Assembly: GCA_050273025.1 (NCBI GenBank) | Contig: CP158635.1 | Span: 6,014,001-6,078,000 of the forward strand | Length of the DNA stretch: 64,000 bases | DNA from: Cenococcum geophilum | Taxonomy: Eukaryota | Direction of reading: 5' to 3' | Shown here: in pieces, positions 35,089 through 49,743 of the stretch | How positions within the stretch are numbered: position 1 is the first letter of the stretch | Layout of the letters: the number at the start of each line of letters is the position of its first letter | Notes under the pieces: model-generated | Database searches by the model: none | Seen by the model: only the letters and a program-made list of their open reading frames with translations | Told to the model about the DNA's origin: nothing | Translations under genes and position numbers: made by a program

Positions 35089-38000
35089 TCAGTAACATAT
35101 TGGATTACGACAAGGTTGATGTTTACTCTTTGTAGGTTTCTTCGGCTTACCCCCTCCACCGGAACTCACCCTTGATACCTGGGTTGAAGAACGAATACGA
35201 CTCTGCGAACTGGAAGGAATGTTCGACAAAGATTGAGTTTGCGGCCGGGACGCCTCGATCGGAAGTTCCCGAGGTTGCGATTGAGATGCCTTGATAGACA
35301 CCGATTGAGATTCGTCAGGTTTGAGACGAAATTCCTGTGATTGGGTCTCGGGGATGGTTGACTTGGTGATGCGGCTCCTTGATCCTTCCACAGCCTGGGA
35401 ATATTTTTCTCTGGCCTTCTTATATTCTAGCGCACCTTCGTCCTGATTTGTCGAACTACGCCTTTTAATACTGCTGGAGCCCGGAGTTGATTTAGCAATA
35501 CTAGGTTCCGCATGTTGGCTGGTGCCAGAGGGTGGTCGACTAGATGAATGCCGATACGTTGTGACTCTATGAAACCCAGAGAGACCTCCGTAGATATGAT
35601 CTGGAGAGCTCATGTTGTTCAATGGCACCGTTGTCTCTTTCTGTAAAGATAAATGCAACCGACTCACCGGATTACGGTCACTAGTCTCAAACTTTTGAGG
35701 CTCAGCGCCGTTTGGTACTGAAGGTGGCCGCTGACTATGATAGGCTAAAGGCTGGCTCGAGCCAAAGCCTGAAGCCCTAAAAGTCGAGCCAGAGTGATGC
35801 ATACTGGGTGCCATACGGGAAGCAGTATTGGCCTGGGACTTCGGACGATCGATATTGGCAAAGAATGGGTTATCTACGGAAGGCAAAGAACCGAACGTGT
35901 TCTGATCCTCTCTCGGCTCATAGGCAGGTTTAAGAGGCACCTTGCTGGGCGTCCTGGAGCCAACAGATGGTTTCTGGACTCCACAGGTAGAGGCCAGATC
36001 AGGGACATGCGTAGGCGTACTCCCAATCCCGTACTCTTCTAGAATACTGACGGTCTCAAGATTAGATAGAATGGATGATGACCGCTTGTGTTGAGGAGTC
36101 GATGCACGACCTAGACTTTGGTTGAACTGGGAAAAGCTCATCATCGGTCGAGACTTCAACAAGGGTTCTCGAATAGCCTCGTTCAAGGACGCCAAAGGCT
36201 GAATAGCCGATACACCGTATTCATCGAGCCACTCATATACGCCAAGATCATTCTCTCTTAGGCCTGGATTGTCATCACTAGTTTCATTAAACTCCTTGGC
36301 TTCTGGAGTCTGAGTGTGGCTATCGCTCGAGGACTCTGAACGTTTTGGCTACTCTCTGAACCCATTTGGCTAGATGCTTCTTGTTGTTCAAAGTGTTGCA
36401 TTGATTCCTGATTGAGATGAATCCGAAGATCATTCTTGAGTGACTGAAGCCTAGACTCAGCCTGCAAAGCTCGTTTCTCTAGGTCGGTGCATTTTTTCTC
36501 TCTTGCGATCTGTTTCTGGAGCATGACCTCGTTATCAGAATTAATACGCTGGATCGTTGCCTCAGCTTCGTCACTCAATGCTTGGGACTCGTTCAGGCGG
36601 CGCTGAATCTCCCCAAGATCACTTCTGTTCCTATCTTGCTGGTGTTTGATCGCGTTTTCCGCATCCGTGCGAATCTTTTCTATCTCCGATTCTAAGCGTT
36701 TCTCTGCTGCCTCAGCCTTAGCAAACTGTCGCTGTAGATCCTCTTTCTCACGATTCGACTTATCTTGGATCTCTCGGATTTGAGCCTCCGCTCTCTTTCG
36801 TGAATGGTCCAAAGCTGATTCTAGTTCTCGTTTCGCATTCTCGGTTGCTATGATTTGGTCCTGAGCCTGGCGAAGTTCTTCTTTGCTACTGCTCTGCTTT
36901 CCTAGCAACTCGGAGTTAAAATACTCGCGCAGTTGTCTCATCTTCTCCTGGTACTCTATTGCATTGGCTTTCGCTTGAACTAAGGACTGTTCAAGGGTTT
37001 CAATTTTGCTTGTACTAGTCGCTTGCCCAGTGTTGAGTTTGTTGATCTCGTCACTCTTTATCTGCGATGCCTTTATTTCTGCAACGAGCCGATCCTTAAT
37101 GGTCTCAATTTCCTTGGAGACATTCTCGGTTTCTCGCAAGGACTGTTGTACCTTTTTAAGCATTATTTCATTTTCGCCCCTCTCTTGCTCAAGCCGATTG
37201 ATTGTCGAGTCCTTGGTGCGGAGTTGTTCTTCAACGGCCTGCAAACTCTGTTTCAGCCTTACAAGCTCTCCAAATGTCACCTCTAACGACTTCTCCTTCT
37301 CCATTTTTGCCTGATTTGCTTGGTGTAGGGCGTTCTCAAATTCAGCCTGTTGCTCATGTCGAAGTCTGTTGGCGTCTTTGTTCAACTTGTTCCGAACCTC
37401 GTTAATGCGATTAGAAGCCTGGAACTCTAGGTCAGTAAACATGGAGCTAGGCATAGCAGTTAATTCCTTCACATTTTTTTCGGTCTCCTCCTTCTCAAAG
37501 ATTGCTTTCTTAAGGTGGGTCGCACTCCCTTCAACATGCTCCTATTTAGCGGTTAGAACTGAATTGTCCATTAAGGAGGCTATGCCAACTTACCCTTAGC
37601 TCTGAAATCTCATCACGAAGGGCCTGCTCGGAGACGCTGGCGCTGCTCAGCTTATTCATAGAACTAATGAGTTCACCTTTCGCATTATCTAGCTCCCCTC
37701 TAAGGCTGGAGTTCTCCGCTTGGAGGTCGTTGAGGTGATACTGTTCCCGCTCACTCGGGGCTGGCATGCTCTTAAGATTAATGAGTTCCCCTTCTAAGAG
37801 AGCAATCTGGCTTTTCAAGCACAATTCGTTTTCTTTCGCGGTTTCAAGGTTTTCTTGGAGTTCAGAAACCTTCTGCTCCTGGGCCAAAGAGTGCTCGCTG
37901 AGAGTGGCATTAGACTCGCGGATAGAGGCTAACGACGTTTGCAACGTCTCATTCTGCAAAACTTCGTCCTTCAGAGCCTTGAGCTTGTCACCCAGCTCTC

Positions 38001-40694
38001 TCTCAAAAGATTCCTTGGGAAATTGGCATGACGTAACTTGGTCGGTGAGTTTCCTAAAATGCGAATTCATGCTGTACACATAGTTAGCTTCTCTAATCTG
38101 AAAATGCATTCATAGAACTCACGTCTGGAGCAGATACTGAAGCATGGCTTCCGCTTTCTCGATATCCTTCGGTGTAACACTTTCTCTAGATTGGAGAGAC
38201 CGAACAACCTCGATGCACTCATCCACCGCTGTCTGCGATTTACTGTTATCTTGCGATCGCTTCATGATCGATTGGAGCTCTGATAACTTCTCAATTAGAA
38301 TCTGGTTGTTTTCATCAAGTCGTTTCTTAATGGCTCCTTGGTCAGCTGAAGATGCTTGGAGATGCTTTTCAAGGTTTGAACGCAGACTACGTTCCTCAAC
38401 AAGGAGGCCGACTTTCTCGCTCAGCTGCTGCTCAAGGTAATCCTTGCTTCGGTGCAGCTCTTTAGTCTGAGCGTATGTCTCAGAAAAAGCCTCTTTGGCA
38501 TGATCCTGAACACGTCTGGACTGAAGAATGGCGGCACTGAACTCAGTTCTCATAGTCGCACGGTCTTGTTCATATTCGTCCCGCTGTTCAGAGAGCGTAT
38601 TGCAGCATTCGTTATAGAAAGCTTTACTCTCCGCTCGGACCTTTTGCAAATCGTTACCAAGTCCGTTAACATACTTCTGAAGACCTGTCAACTTTTCTTT
38701 CTGGTATATCAGCTTCTTGGAAAGCTCCTCATTTTCCTTTTTAACTGACTGCAGTTTGCCTTGCATAAGTCGTTCCGATAAAATTAACTCGTTGATTTCG
38801 TTATCTTTTAATTTACTCTTTTCTACTTCTGCTCGAACGGCGCGGCCTTGTTCATGCTGTAGAGTCCAGCCAAGAACCTGTAGCACGTCCGGAACGGAAG
38901 GAAGAGAGGCCAGACCACCTTGAGTAGTAGCGGTTAGATGGTTTGGTGGCATTAACTTGGGCTTCAGTGTCTTTTCCTTCTTCTTTGGTTTCACAACTTT
39001 CCCCGCAATGGTATGAGAAGAAGCTACATGTAGCACACTATCATCCAGGGTATTTGTTGGGCTACCTGCTCGATGCTGAAGACCACCGGATACCTTGCTC
39101 TTGACTTGCTGAATTTCATGCTGAGGGTGAGCTCGTGAATGAGCATTTTGAGAGGACTGTTCTAGAATAAACGCTGCGGCATGTCTAGGAGAGTGTTGGT
39201 TTTGGATATGCACACCGAATGGGATCTCGGAGTCTAGTACATCTTGGCCATCGTTAACAGGCTGATCTATTTCAACAATAGTTAAGTCATCATCCAGCAT
39301 GGAACCTGTTCGGGTCTTTTTATTTTCGCAGTACACTAATTTTTCAGAGTGGATTTCGCCTTTCGATGGCTGAGAAAATGTCGGAATACTGTACCCCTTG
39401 ACAGGCATAAGAGACTTTTCGGGATCTAACGGATATGGAGTGGATTTCAAATGCATGTTATGCTGGGTTATCTGGGCCATCTGAGGGATGAGCACGTTGG
39501 ATTTCGAAGTTTGAAAGACATCTATGATATCCTCGCTAGTTCCAGCAGGAGATTTTCGACTCTGGACAGGATCCCGCGGTCCCTCAAGAGGAAGAGGCAG
39601 TCCAGATGGCGTATCTTGCGTTGCCTGTGTCAGTGTACGCTTCGTTTTATTAATCGGCTTCCTCGGTTTGCGCCTGGAGGTATCCGTTCTTGGGATAGTG
39701 GCATATGATTGCACGCTTGCCTCCCTCTGCGAGAGTCCCGTAGTAACTGTCGGACTTTCTCCACCAGTCCAATACTCATTCGTGGCCACTTCATTATCCA
39801 CCGGGAGTTTCTGTGATGGCTTGTGAGAGAGAGTATTATTTGATGATGCATTGTCGTAACCCTCAAGTACGATCGATTGATCGGCTGTCCGAGAAGGGGC
39901 GTTGTCACCCTGGAGGGATCTGGTAGATATGATTAACAAATGTATGGATGGGTTTGAGAGGGGGGGTATTGAGGGCGAGAAAGAAGGTAGGACTATTATG
40001 TGTGCGATACAAAAAATAACTTACTCCTCATTTCTATGATCAATAATAGCGTCAACTTTTGATCTAGCGTGTTCAAGCGAGGGGGCCGGCCGGCCTTCCT
40101 TTTGTCCTCTCGGCTTGTCCGACCCGCTCGAGTCAGACCGCTGACCAGCAGGAAGAGGAACAAGCGTGGTAGTACATGCTTGGAAGGAAGCAGCATCGAT
40201 ACGCTGGTCTTTTCCACCTATATCAATCATCTTTGTCAGTAAGACTAGGATACTACGCGAGGCTTAGTCACAGATACCAGTGACTGGTGGGACTCACTTG
40301 GCCTACGGTCCCCTTGGGAAGCTGAATGTGGATCACTGGGACCCCCGCTGATATTTGTTCCAGGCCTTTTGGGTATTGTAAACTTGAACGTTATGACAGG
40401 GTCGTCTTCTGCCGAAGCAGGTCTCTTCAGCAAGCTTAGCGATTTCGAAAATGAGGCGCTAGTCAAAGAAGTTGCCTGAGACGAGTTAATGCTCAAATCC
40501 CGAATGGTTGCTACCGAAGTAGGGCTGAGCGGTGTCTCGCCTCGCCCATTGTGATTGAAATGGTGAATGAAAGGATCATCAAACTGTGTCTCCGGGATCA
40601 CTGCATCGCTGTCTAAAAGAATGACATGGTCTTGTAATGCCTCATCGTCTGCACCCTCAGAAAGGGCTTCATGTTCCAGGTGAGGTAACGGCAT
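35089..40694 (-). CDS. Large multi-exon protein with a long central coiled coil and low-complexity S/P/Q-rich ends; apparent frameshift near 36345
   Basis: Chain of minus-strand ORFs (40245-40778, 40021-40230, 38119-39939, 37546-38109, 36258-37472, 35089-36195), mostly joined by GT-AG introns with branch sites; E/K/Q/L heptad-rich middle. Start and end are approximate. Confidence 0.75.
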
Positions 40695-42214
40695 TATGGC
40701 CAACGGTATTGAAAGCAGCTTTGTCAACAGGCAACGAGCGGGAGTGAAGGCCGTGAGACAGACGTTGAATGATGCCACGGCGTCAATACATCCAGCACGG
40801 AACGTGAGTGCAAAGTTGGTTAAACATCAGACTATGCAGAACAGAGGAGCGGAGAAATGTGGAGGTTGAGGAGTGGTAAGGAGAAAGGTTTGTTTGCTTC
40901 AGATGAAGGGCAAAATTCCAGCGGTGCGGGTTCTCGAAGGGATCTCGACAACGTCATTTCCGACCTCATAAGACCTCCAAGAATATCGCATATCTAATAA
41001 GTTATGACTACGAAAGCGGGAAATACAACGAAAAGGCTTATTGAACCCTTGTCCTCCCATATTGACAGGCCAAGGAGATATCATGAAATCACGTGACATA
41101 TTTTCTGAGAGGATGAAAAGTTGAAATGGCGATAGGATATGGATTGTGGAGCGGTTGCTTGTCAAAGATACCAGCCCAAATATAGCATAGCTTCATGCTT
41201 ACGGTAGGCGTGATCTTCTAGTGTCCCTCAGTCAGCAGGCATGGCCACATCTCAGCAGCTCGAAAATGGACTCTCTAAACCGGGAGAAGACCACCACGAG
41301 CATTTCCAGAGTATCAGCTAAGCATGAAACTTAACGACAGCCTTGAGATGACTCCAACATCGCGGTGCCACTGCATCGTTGCCCTACATCCGCAGGCTAA
41401 TATCTGCGCATGCTTCATGCACTTCGGCCTCGCCTCCAACCCATCGTTGTTGCTCCATCGTCTTCGTCTATCTAGCAGTCGTCATTTTCTACCAATTTAA
41501 ACATCCCTCTCCGTCGGCGTACGGCTCCAAGCGGACATGTTGTTTGACTGGGCAGTTTCGAGCGGCAAGACGGCTTTTTATACCTGGAGGTCGACAAAAC
41601 AACGCGATTGTGGCAGGAGGATCTAGAAGGCACCTATCAGGTTCAAGCCGCCATCGTCTTTGGCGGGATTCGCTTGTGCCTCGATGTTGTTCGTGCCCAG
41701 CGCCATCGCATGAAGTCTGGAGAAACTGCGTTTTACATACCCCTGGAGCCAAAAATAAGCATTGCTGGCGCTGGCATCAGTCCAGCCAATTGCCGCCAAG
41801 AACGCCCTGATTGTGATCAGCTTGCATCTACCCACACACATCCATTTCTCTTTAACCGCCCGCCAAGCTCAGACAACATTGCCAATCAGGAATACCGAAT
41901 TGCCCAAGACGTTCAAGCACCGAGTGTTTTCGACGCTGACTGGTTCAAAATAGCAAGCCTAAGACCTTCGTCCCGCACAATCCATGCCCGTCACAACGAT
42001 AAGCCCCATGATTTGGTAGCCGCCGGGTTTCGTTGCCCGGGGCTCTCTGGCGACGAGAATGGACATTCAAATATAGAGGGCATCCGCCGCGATGGAGGCG
42101 AGCATTCTTCTGAGCGAGTTGATCTCATCCAGGTTCATACCCTTCCGCGACTGTGCCTCACTACCCCAGAGTTAACTCACTGTACGACCCGAGCGAATTT
42201 TCCTTCACGACATC

Positions 42215-42870
42215 ATGAAGCGAAGCTTTGTACTTCTCGCCATGTGCGCATTGCTACCCCTCTTCGTCCTCGCCCAGGAAACCTCAACGGAGACAGCTCA
42301 AGTCACCCACAAAGCTACGTTGACGGCTACTTCATCTGCTGCGGCCGCAACTCAACCTGCAGACCAGGGCTACAATGGAGGGTCGGACAATCCCGTGGAT
42401 CCCAGCACAGCAGGAGCATCAGGAAGCTCATCGGGTGCTTTTTCGCTTTCTAAGGGCGCTCTAGCTGCCATCATTACTGTTGTAGTCATCGTTGCAGTTG
42501 GAGGCAGTAAGTTTGAACATATTTGGTCAAGTTCCGAAGCGCAGAGACTGAATTTATCGCAGTTGCCTCCGTTACTCTCTTCTACCTTGCCAAAAAGCGT
42601 CAATGGGACGTCCGTCAATCCCTCCGCCGCGCTTCCCGCCGTCTTACAGGTCGCCCCGACGTATCTAAAGTCAACCGCCAAACACGTCGCACTGGCGTCC
42701 GCATGGCATCGCCTCCACCATCAGCTAAGAATATGCTTCGAGATTTAGAGAAGGGCACGCCAGCTGGCGGCGAGAAAGGCAGGACAACGACTACGATTAC
42801 AAGTACATTTGAGGTGGAAACGCCTGTGGCGAAATCTTGGACTTCGAAATTTTTCGGTAGCAAGAAGTAA
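42215..42870 (+). CDS. Signal-peptide, single-pass membrane protein of unknown function, two exons
   Basis: Hydrophobic N-terminus, S/T/A-rich ectodomain, TM segment GALAAIITVVVIVAVGG/IASVTLFYLA followed by basic KKRQW..RRASRR; intron 42507-42562. Confidence 0.85.
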
Positions 42871-44107
42871 AGAGCAACTACTGGCAGGCAAGCGGCACTG
42901 CAACGAGGCATAGTCCGGAGGAAAGGTGGGCTTAGGGAAAGGGAAGGGTAGAGCGGGACTCGTCACGATGGAATGCACTTTCGGATTTCTTTGTCATTAC
43001 TTCTTTACACCATTTCTTCCCTGTTAGGCGCATTACCAGAGGTCAGGCGATGGGCTATGATTCCACTTACTGCATGGACCGGTGGTTCTTGAAGATATTC
43101 AGGAGGTCCTTGGCGTTCATATGTGATCTTTCGTTTCCTATGCATGTAAAACAGGACGATAACTATTATTTTTAACTTCTGTTGGGAGCTCGTTGATCTT
43201 GTTTCGTGCAGGGTCAACACCATCTTCTGCGAGAAGTGCTAGATGGGGACCTATACACATGTTTTCCTTGCGCACTTGAAACATCAGTTTTCAATCAGGT
43301 ATCTAGCCATTTCTCCTCCCCCCGGGATTCCAAAAACCAATGATTCAGCACTCATTCTTCAACTAATTACTTTATCAATTCTATATATATATCTATATCT
43401 CCGAGCCGAAACCTCATCTGCACGCCACAGCGCCAAAGCATCGAATCTACTCCGCCAATCAGAAGCTGTTCCAACTCCCCTAAGCGCTTTTTATCTGATT
43501 TTTTGCCGACCTTATCTTTCCTATAATATCTTCTCACGTGCCGTGCAAAGCGTGCCCAGGTCCTCTCTTCTTTGGCTTTAATAGCACTGTAAGCGACCTA
43601 CTCCGCAAGACTACAGACTAAAGCACAAGGGGCCGTGCGGGTTTTTTCCACGACATGTGGGAACAGCTGTATTTGCTAGAGAAAATCTGATTATCCAACA
43701 GCCTGAGCTTCAATGGCCTATTTCTCCAGACAAGAACTCGTCACTACCAATGCTGACAACGTCAGCTAACTATCAAGCGAAATGGGACGGCCAGGATTAG
43801 AGAGAAACTCTGCCTCCACCAAGGCATCAGCCTCGACGATGCTGTAGCACACTTAAATCAGTGCGAAAGTCTCGCACGAGCAACAATGAACCCTTATGGC
43901 CAGTGTGTCCAACAGTCAGCTTAGCTGCGAGCTCGAGAAAAATAGCTGACTGACTGCGTCAATTGGATCGCTCGCTGTCGCTGACTGTTGGATAACGTAC
44001 GCTGACTGTCACGCTGTCAGCTAGCTGTCCTAATTAGGAAATTAGTATAAACTTTATAGTATTTTATTGCGGATTTTTAGTAGCACCCCTCTATATATAA
44101 ATATAAA

Positions 44108-47100
44108 GAGGGAAAAAGGAGCTCTTGCTGCACCCGGCCCAAAAAGACCAAAACCAACCAAAAGAACCCTGAAAAACACCCAGAGAATCCCCCTGAGATG
44201 CATGCATCGCAGGGGAGGCACACGTTGAACGACGGTGGCTCGCACTCGCGCGCGACCGCTAGAACTACGCCCAGCAATGGCCCTCCATAACAAAGACGGG
44301 TGAATACCACACTATAAAGCGGAAATACCTCTATTAAGAAGGCATCTAATAAAATATAAAGCCTATTAGATACGTCTAGTATCTAAAATTATAGGGGAGT
44401 AACCGTTAGCTATAACAAACTAATGTAGCTAGTAGAATGGCTCCGCTAGTCTAGCGAACCTTAGGCGCCCCTCTAGTAAACCCTTAATTAAATCCTCTAA
44501 TAGCTAAGTAAAATTAAAAATAAGTATAATCCCCCTTTACCAGCGAACCGTACCTAGGCCACTATAGCTATACTTTTATAGCATAGGGAACCTACTCCCC
44601 TTAAGTTAATAACTGGGTATATAATTATAATATAACTAAATATAGAATAAGCAAAGGGGCTTAAGGGATAATTAGAAATAGAAGTCCTTATAAAGATATA
44701 TAAAGAGGTTTATAACGCTGTTATAGTCTAATACCTTAAGAGTGGAGATATTAGAGTTACCCTAAAGGACTAATAGGTAAAGGAATGAGCCGTAAGGGTA
44801 GGGAATAGGCTAGGAGAACGTATTAGTATAAAAGTATTCTATAAGGATTACCTAGTTAAAGTCCTAGCGGTTCCTATAAGCCTTAAGGTAGAAAAGGGAC
44901 GCTAGGTAGACAATATAGTAATTATATAGGAGATAGTAAGATAAATAGAACGCCTTATATTAGGACTTAAAATCACCTAAATCTAATAGCTTTAATAGGA
45001 AAATATAAACTAAGTATATAATAAAAATAATAAGAGGATATAAGGGTCGCTAGAGACTTACTAAAGAGATACTAGACGAACGTATAGCTCCCTTATTGTT
45101 AGCATATATATATTAGGAATATAAAAACTCCTTATTTAAAAAGGAATAATTATAAATGGCCTTATATATAACATAAGGCTTTATAACTACAGACTACGCC
45201 TAGAATAATGCTATTGCTATATATAATAGAGACACACCTAATCTATATACGTAGTATAGGTGTGCTGCGGCCACTATATAGGCCCCTATAATATAAGACA
45301 TTACTTAAATTAAGACTAAATAAAATGCGTGAACTGCCACTAAAGTATATATAAGGCGTAGGAGAGAGAAGACTGCATTAAATATAGGAGATGGAAGGTA
45401 AGGGCTTAATAGCTACGGGAATAACTACACGCTAGGTTATATAAATAGAAACAATAAGCGATAAGCTAGGGGGATATAAGCGCCTTCCTAGCGTTTCCTA
45501 CCTTTAATACTAGAGGGCTAGGCTAGCCATCCTAAGCCTTAATGGGCTAAAAGCGACGCCATGCGATATTACTAGACTAATTAGGGACATAAGGGTTATA
45601 GGGGATATAAGGGAAAGGACGCCCTGTAGAAAGACCCCTATAAACAGTAATAGCAGGCTTAAGACTAGGATAATTAAGAATTAGACTTAATACGGCAAAT
45701 ATAATATTTATAGCCGACCTATAAAGGGTATATAGCCAACTAGTAAGAATAGGGGAAGAACTAGTAATAATAATAGATTTAGATATAAAAGCGCTAATAG
45801 AAACATAAAATATAGGAATAGAAAGCTCTATATAAAATAAGTAGTAACTAGGGTGTAGATATAAGAGATAGAAGCTCTAAATATTCTAAAGAAAGTGGAA
45901 ATAGAAGAAGCGAGAAATAAAGGAGAGTTAAAAGACCCTTACTGGGGGTCCGCCACCTATCCATTATATAGTATAACTATAGCAACACAAACCACCGCCT
46001 TATAAGGCCCCTACTAAATAGTCTAGACCTAGAGAAATATTATATCCTTGCTATATAAGAACCGTATTATAATACCTTTATATAATTAATATACTACCCC
46101 TAAGGATTCCAGCTCCTATATAAACTAAAAGCAGCTATACGCGTGTACTTTATAATTAGTAAGGCTATTAGCCTATCCTTATAGTTATAGCAGGCAGTTA
46201 ACCTAGATACTATAGTTATAACAATCCAAATATATAGGGGACCGGTATAAATTATTAATGTATATAACCCTAGGGTTAAAGGGGTCCCATAAATAGAAAA
46301 TATTATATTAGTAATAAGCTTACTAGAAACTAAAGGTATAGAGTTTATCCTACTAGGAGATATAAACCTCTACCACCCGCGGTAAAGGGGTATCTATATT
46401 ACTGTAGATTAATAGTTAGAGTGCCTACTAAGAGCTATAGATATCTGGGGCCTTAAGCTAGCTACCCCCCTAGGAGCAATTATATGGTAATAAGGCACCG
46501 CTAAAAGTATAATTAACTTTATATTTATAGACGAAGGCCTATACCAGAGACTTAAAAGGTGCAACCCTAAAGAAGAATAGGCACTTACCCTAGACTATAT
46601 CCCTATCTAGATATAGCTAGACTTAAATACTAAAGCGTAACTAAATAGAAAAAGATACGTAATAAGGAAGCTTAAAATAGACAGTTTCCTTAATATAGTT
46701 AAATAATAACTTTAAGACCTAGAAGAAATCTACCTAATACTAAATAAGCGAGGCTTATTGGCCACCCCTAAGAAAATTAACTAAAGACTAGAAAGGATCT
46801 AGGCAGCAATTAAAAATAGGCTGGAAGAGTACTACCTAATCTTAAAACCGGGCCCCTATGCGTAATATATATGGTCTATATAATACATAGTTCTAGTTAC
46901 TAGCTAATAATAAGTAAGAAGGAAATATATAAGTAGCTATAACCCTAAAAATAAGAGATAATACAAAGATATAAGAAACCAGCTAAAGAATACCCTAAAA
47001 AAAGAAGTAAGGAATAACTAGAGACGGTTTATAAACGAGTATACTTCTAACCTAAGCCTTCCCTATAATAAGGGCCTTTAGGCTATAGCGAAATAAATAA

Positions 47101-49656
47101 AAAAAAAGGTAGGGTGTTTAGCAGAAGACCTATACCTACTACCTCTACAAAGAGTAGGAGAATTATAGGCTATAAACGACAATAATAAGAAGGTAAAGAT
47201 CCTTATAGAAAGGTTCTTCCCCTAACTAGCTCTAGTAGACCTTAGTAATATTACGGGCGAAATACCGGTGACTCGCCTGCGGGTTAATAGCGATATAACA
47301 ACAGAGGAAATGGCTAGGACTATTAGCCGCCTTTTAAACAATATAGCACTAGGACTAGATAGGATTCTAAATAAGGCCCTAAAAACCTATAGGCTACTTA
47401 TAGCACCTTAGCTTATAGATATAGCTAAAGCATACTTTGCTATAGGCTACTACCCGTAACTCGGAAGATCTATAACGACGGTTATCCTATAAAAAGAAGG
47501 TAAAGCAGATTACTTAATCCTAGGAAGCTACCGCCCTATTGCCTTAAAAAACACCCTTAGCAAGATCTTAAAAAGGGTAATAGCGGAATATATAGTAGAC
47601 ATAGTAGAGAAACACGCCCTACTACTATAAAGCTAAATAGGGGTAAGAAAGAACTGCTTAACACTATTAGCACTTACGCTACTCGCTACCACCATTAAAT
47701 CTATATAAGCGATGCGAAAGGACTTTATAGTATTAATACTTAGCCTAGACATTAGTGGTGCCTATAATAATATACCCCATAAGCGTCTCCTATATATCCT
47801 TAGGGTAAAGGGCTTCCTAAAATAGATTATATAATTTATCTAAGGGTTTATAGGCTAGAAAGAAATATTACTAGTCTTTAGCGGATACTAGAGCCCCCCT
47901 ATCGCAGTTATAATAGGAATACCATAAGGATTACCCCTCTCGCCTATACTCTTCCTTTTCTTTATAAGCAACCTACTTAACTCCTTTAAGGAAGGGGCGA
48001 CCTAGGGGATAGGCTTTGTTAATAATACAAACCTAATTATATATGGGCTAATAGCCGTAAAGAATTACAGAACACTAGAGAAAGCCTATAACACTTATAT
48101 AGAATAGGCAAAACGTTATAGAGTTTAATTCTTACTAGAGAAATACCAGCTAATCTATTTTATAAGAAAACGTAACTAATCTACAGATCTCCAGTATATA
48201 ATTCGCATTTAAGGCTTTAAAGGTTAACTAGTTTAGGGCCTAAGGGTATTAGGAGTATAGATAGACAGCAAGCTCCGGTAGAGCATATATACAGCGTAAG
48301 CGGCCTATAAAGGCTAAGCATAGTTTATTGCTTTATCTAGGATTATTAATTCTATATAGGGTCCATACTTCTAGAGGTCACGCCTACTATATATAGCAGT
48401 CGTCTAGCTAACTATAACATATAGATCTAGTATTTGGGCCATTAAAGAAACTAAGAAGGGCCCCCCTAAATTACTCCTTAAACCACTTTAAAAGGTCTAG
48501 ACAGCCTGCCTTTAGAGTATTATAGGTGGGTATAAGCGAACGGCCACAGCACTGCTTAAGAAGAAATCCAATATTCCCCCCCTATAGTTATATATTAAAG
48601 CCGCTATAATATAAAGGACGTAAAATAAACGTAACTCTAATATTATAAAGTATATTAAGATACGCCTAAGTAAACTATAGAGGGACCCTAGGGTGCCCTA
48701 TAGGAGAATAAACCAACAACCCTAAAGTAGGGAAGAGATATTAGAGAAATAGGTAAAGAAAGTAGAAGAAAAATAGTGCTGCTTTAGGGCCCAGGCCTAT
48801 ATAGAGGAGGAAAGGAGACGCGTAAGAGGTTAGTAAAAATAATAGCAAGATAGAGAAAGGAGCTAAAGTAGAATATATAAGAATGCTGGGAAACTATCTA
48901 CCGTAATATAATACTAGTTAGACTAACGCTAGAGAGGTAAATAGGAGTTAAAGGTATAAAGGCTAACTTAGGTAAGACAAACCTAAGCTATAGTATAGTT
49001 AACGCTATAGGGGGTAAATACCTAAGGGCTCTAAGAAGGCCTAATAAAGGTAGAAAATATAATAGTAACACTTTTAAGAATAGGAATAATAGGACTAAAA
49101 GATTGGCTTTACTAGGTGGGTATTCTAGTAGGTAGCCCAAGATACAAATATGGCTAGCTAAGACAGACACCAAAACACGTAATACTACTATGCCCCTTAT
49201 ACACCAATTAAGAAATAATGCTCTTAGTAGCTAGCATAGAGAACTATAATACACTGCTCTTAATATAAAAAGGCCTTAAGGCGGTTACCTAGTGGCTTAT
49301 TAATTAAAATATACTAAATTAGTTTTGGGTTGTAAGGGAAATAGTAATAGAAGGCAAGGGGGCGAGCAGCAGGTGCCCCCTAGTAACTCTATAGTAGTAG
49401 AGTAATAGTTTATAATACTAGCGCGTCCGTAGGCTTGTTACGGCAGCAGTGGTTCCTAAGGAGGTTAAATAGTAAGGTAGTAGAGCACTATAGGCAACTC
49501 GCAGGCGTTAAGCAGGCGAGTCCCAAAAGGCGGGGAGATAGATCACGGGGTTTTCTTATTTTTCTTAAATAGAGTTTTCTCCCTATATGTAAATAAGGAG
49601 TAGTTCGCGTGGGCCTAATAGGGATCCAAATCGGACGTTAAGCAATGAATTATTAT
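44108..49656 (+). mobile_element. Full-length Tad1-like LINE, RIPed
   Basis: 14-bp TSD tatataaatataaa at 44094-44107 and 49657-49670. ORF1 with Cys/His knuckle remnants at about 45200-45350; ORF2 with endonuclease (GD.NL.HP) and RT (YRPIAL, G.P.G.PLSP.LF); (ATT)n tail. Confidence 0.93.
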
Positions 49657-49743
49657 TATATAAATATAAATATTACCAAATTAAAATTTAGCTCTAATCT
49701 ACCTAATATAGTATTTAAATATAGCTAAACTCGTCCTATTATT

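Noticed and set aside
41379..42453. Long ORFs upstream of and overlapping the membrane-protein gene
   Set aside because: Non-ATG starts, no recognisable domain and out-of-frame overlap with a better-supported gene; a small gene here cannot be excluded.
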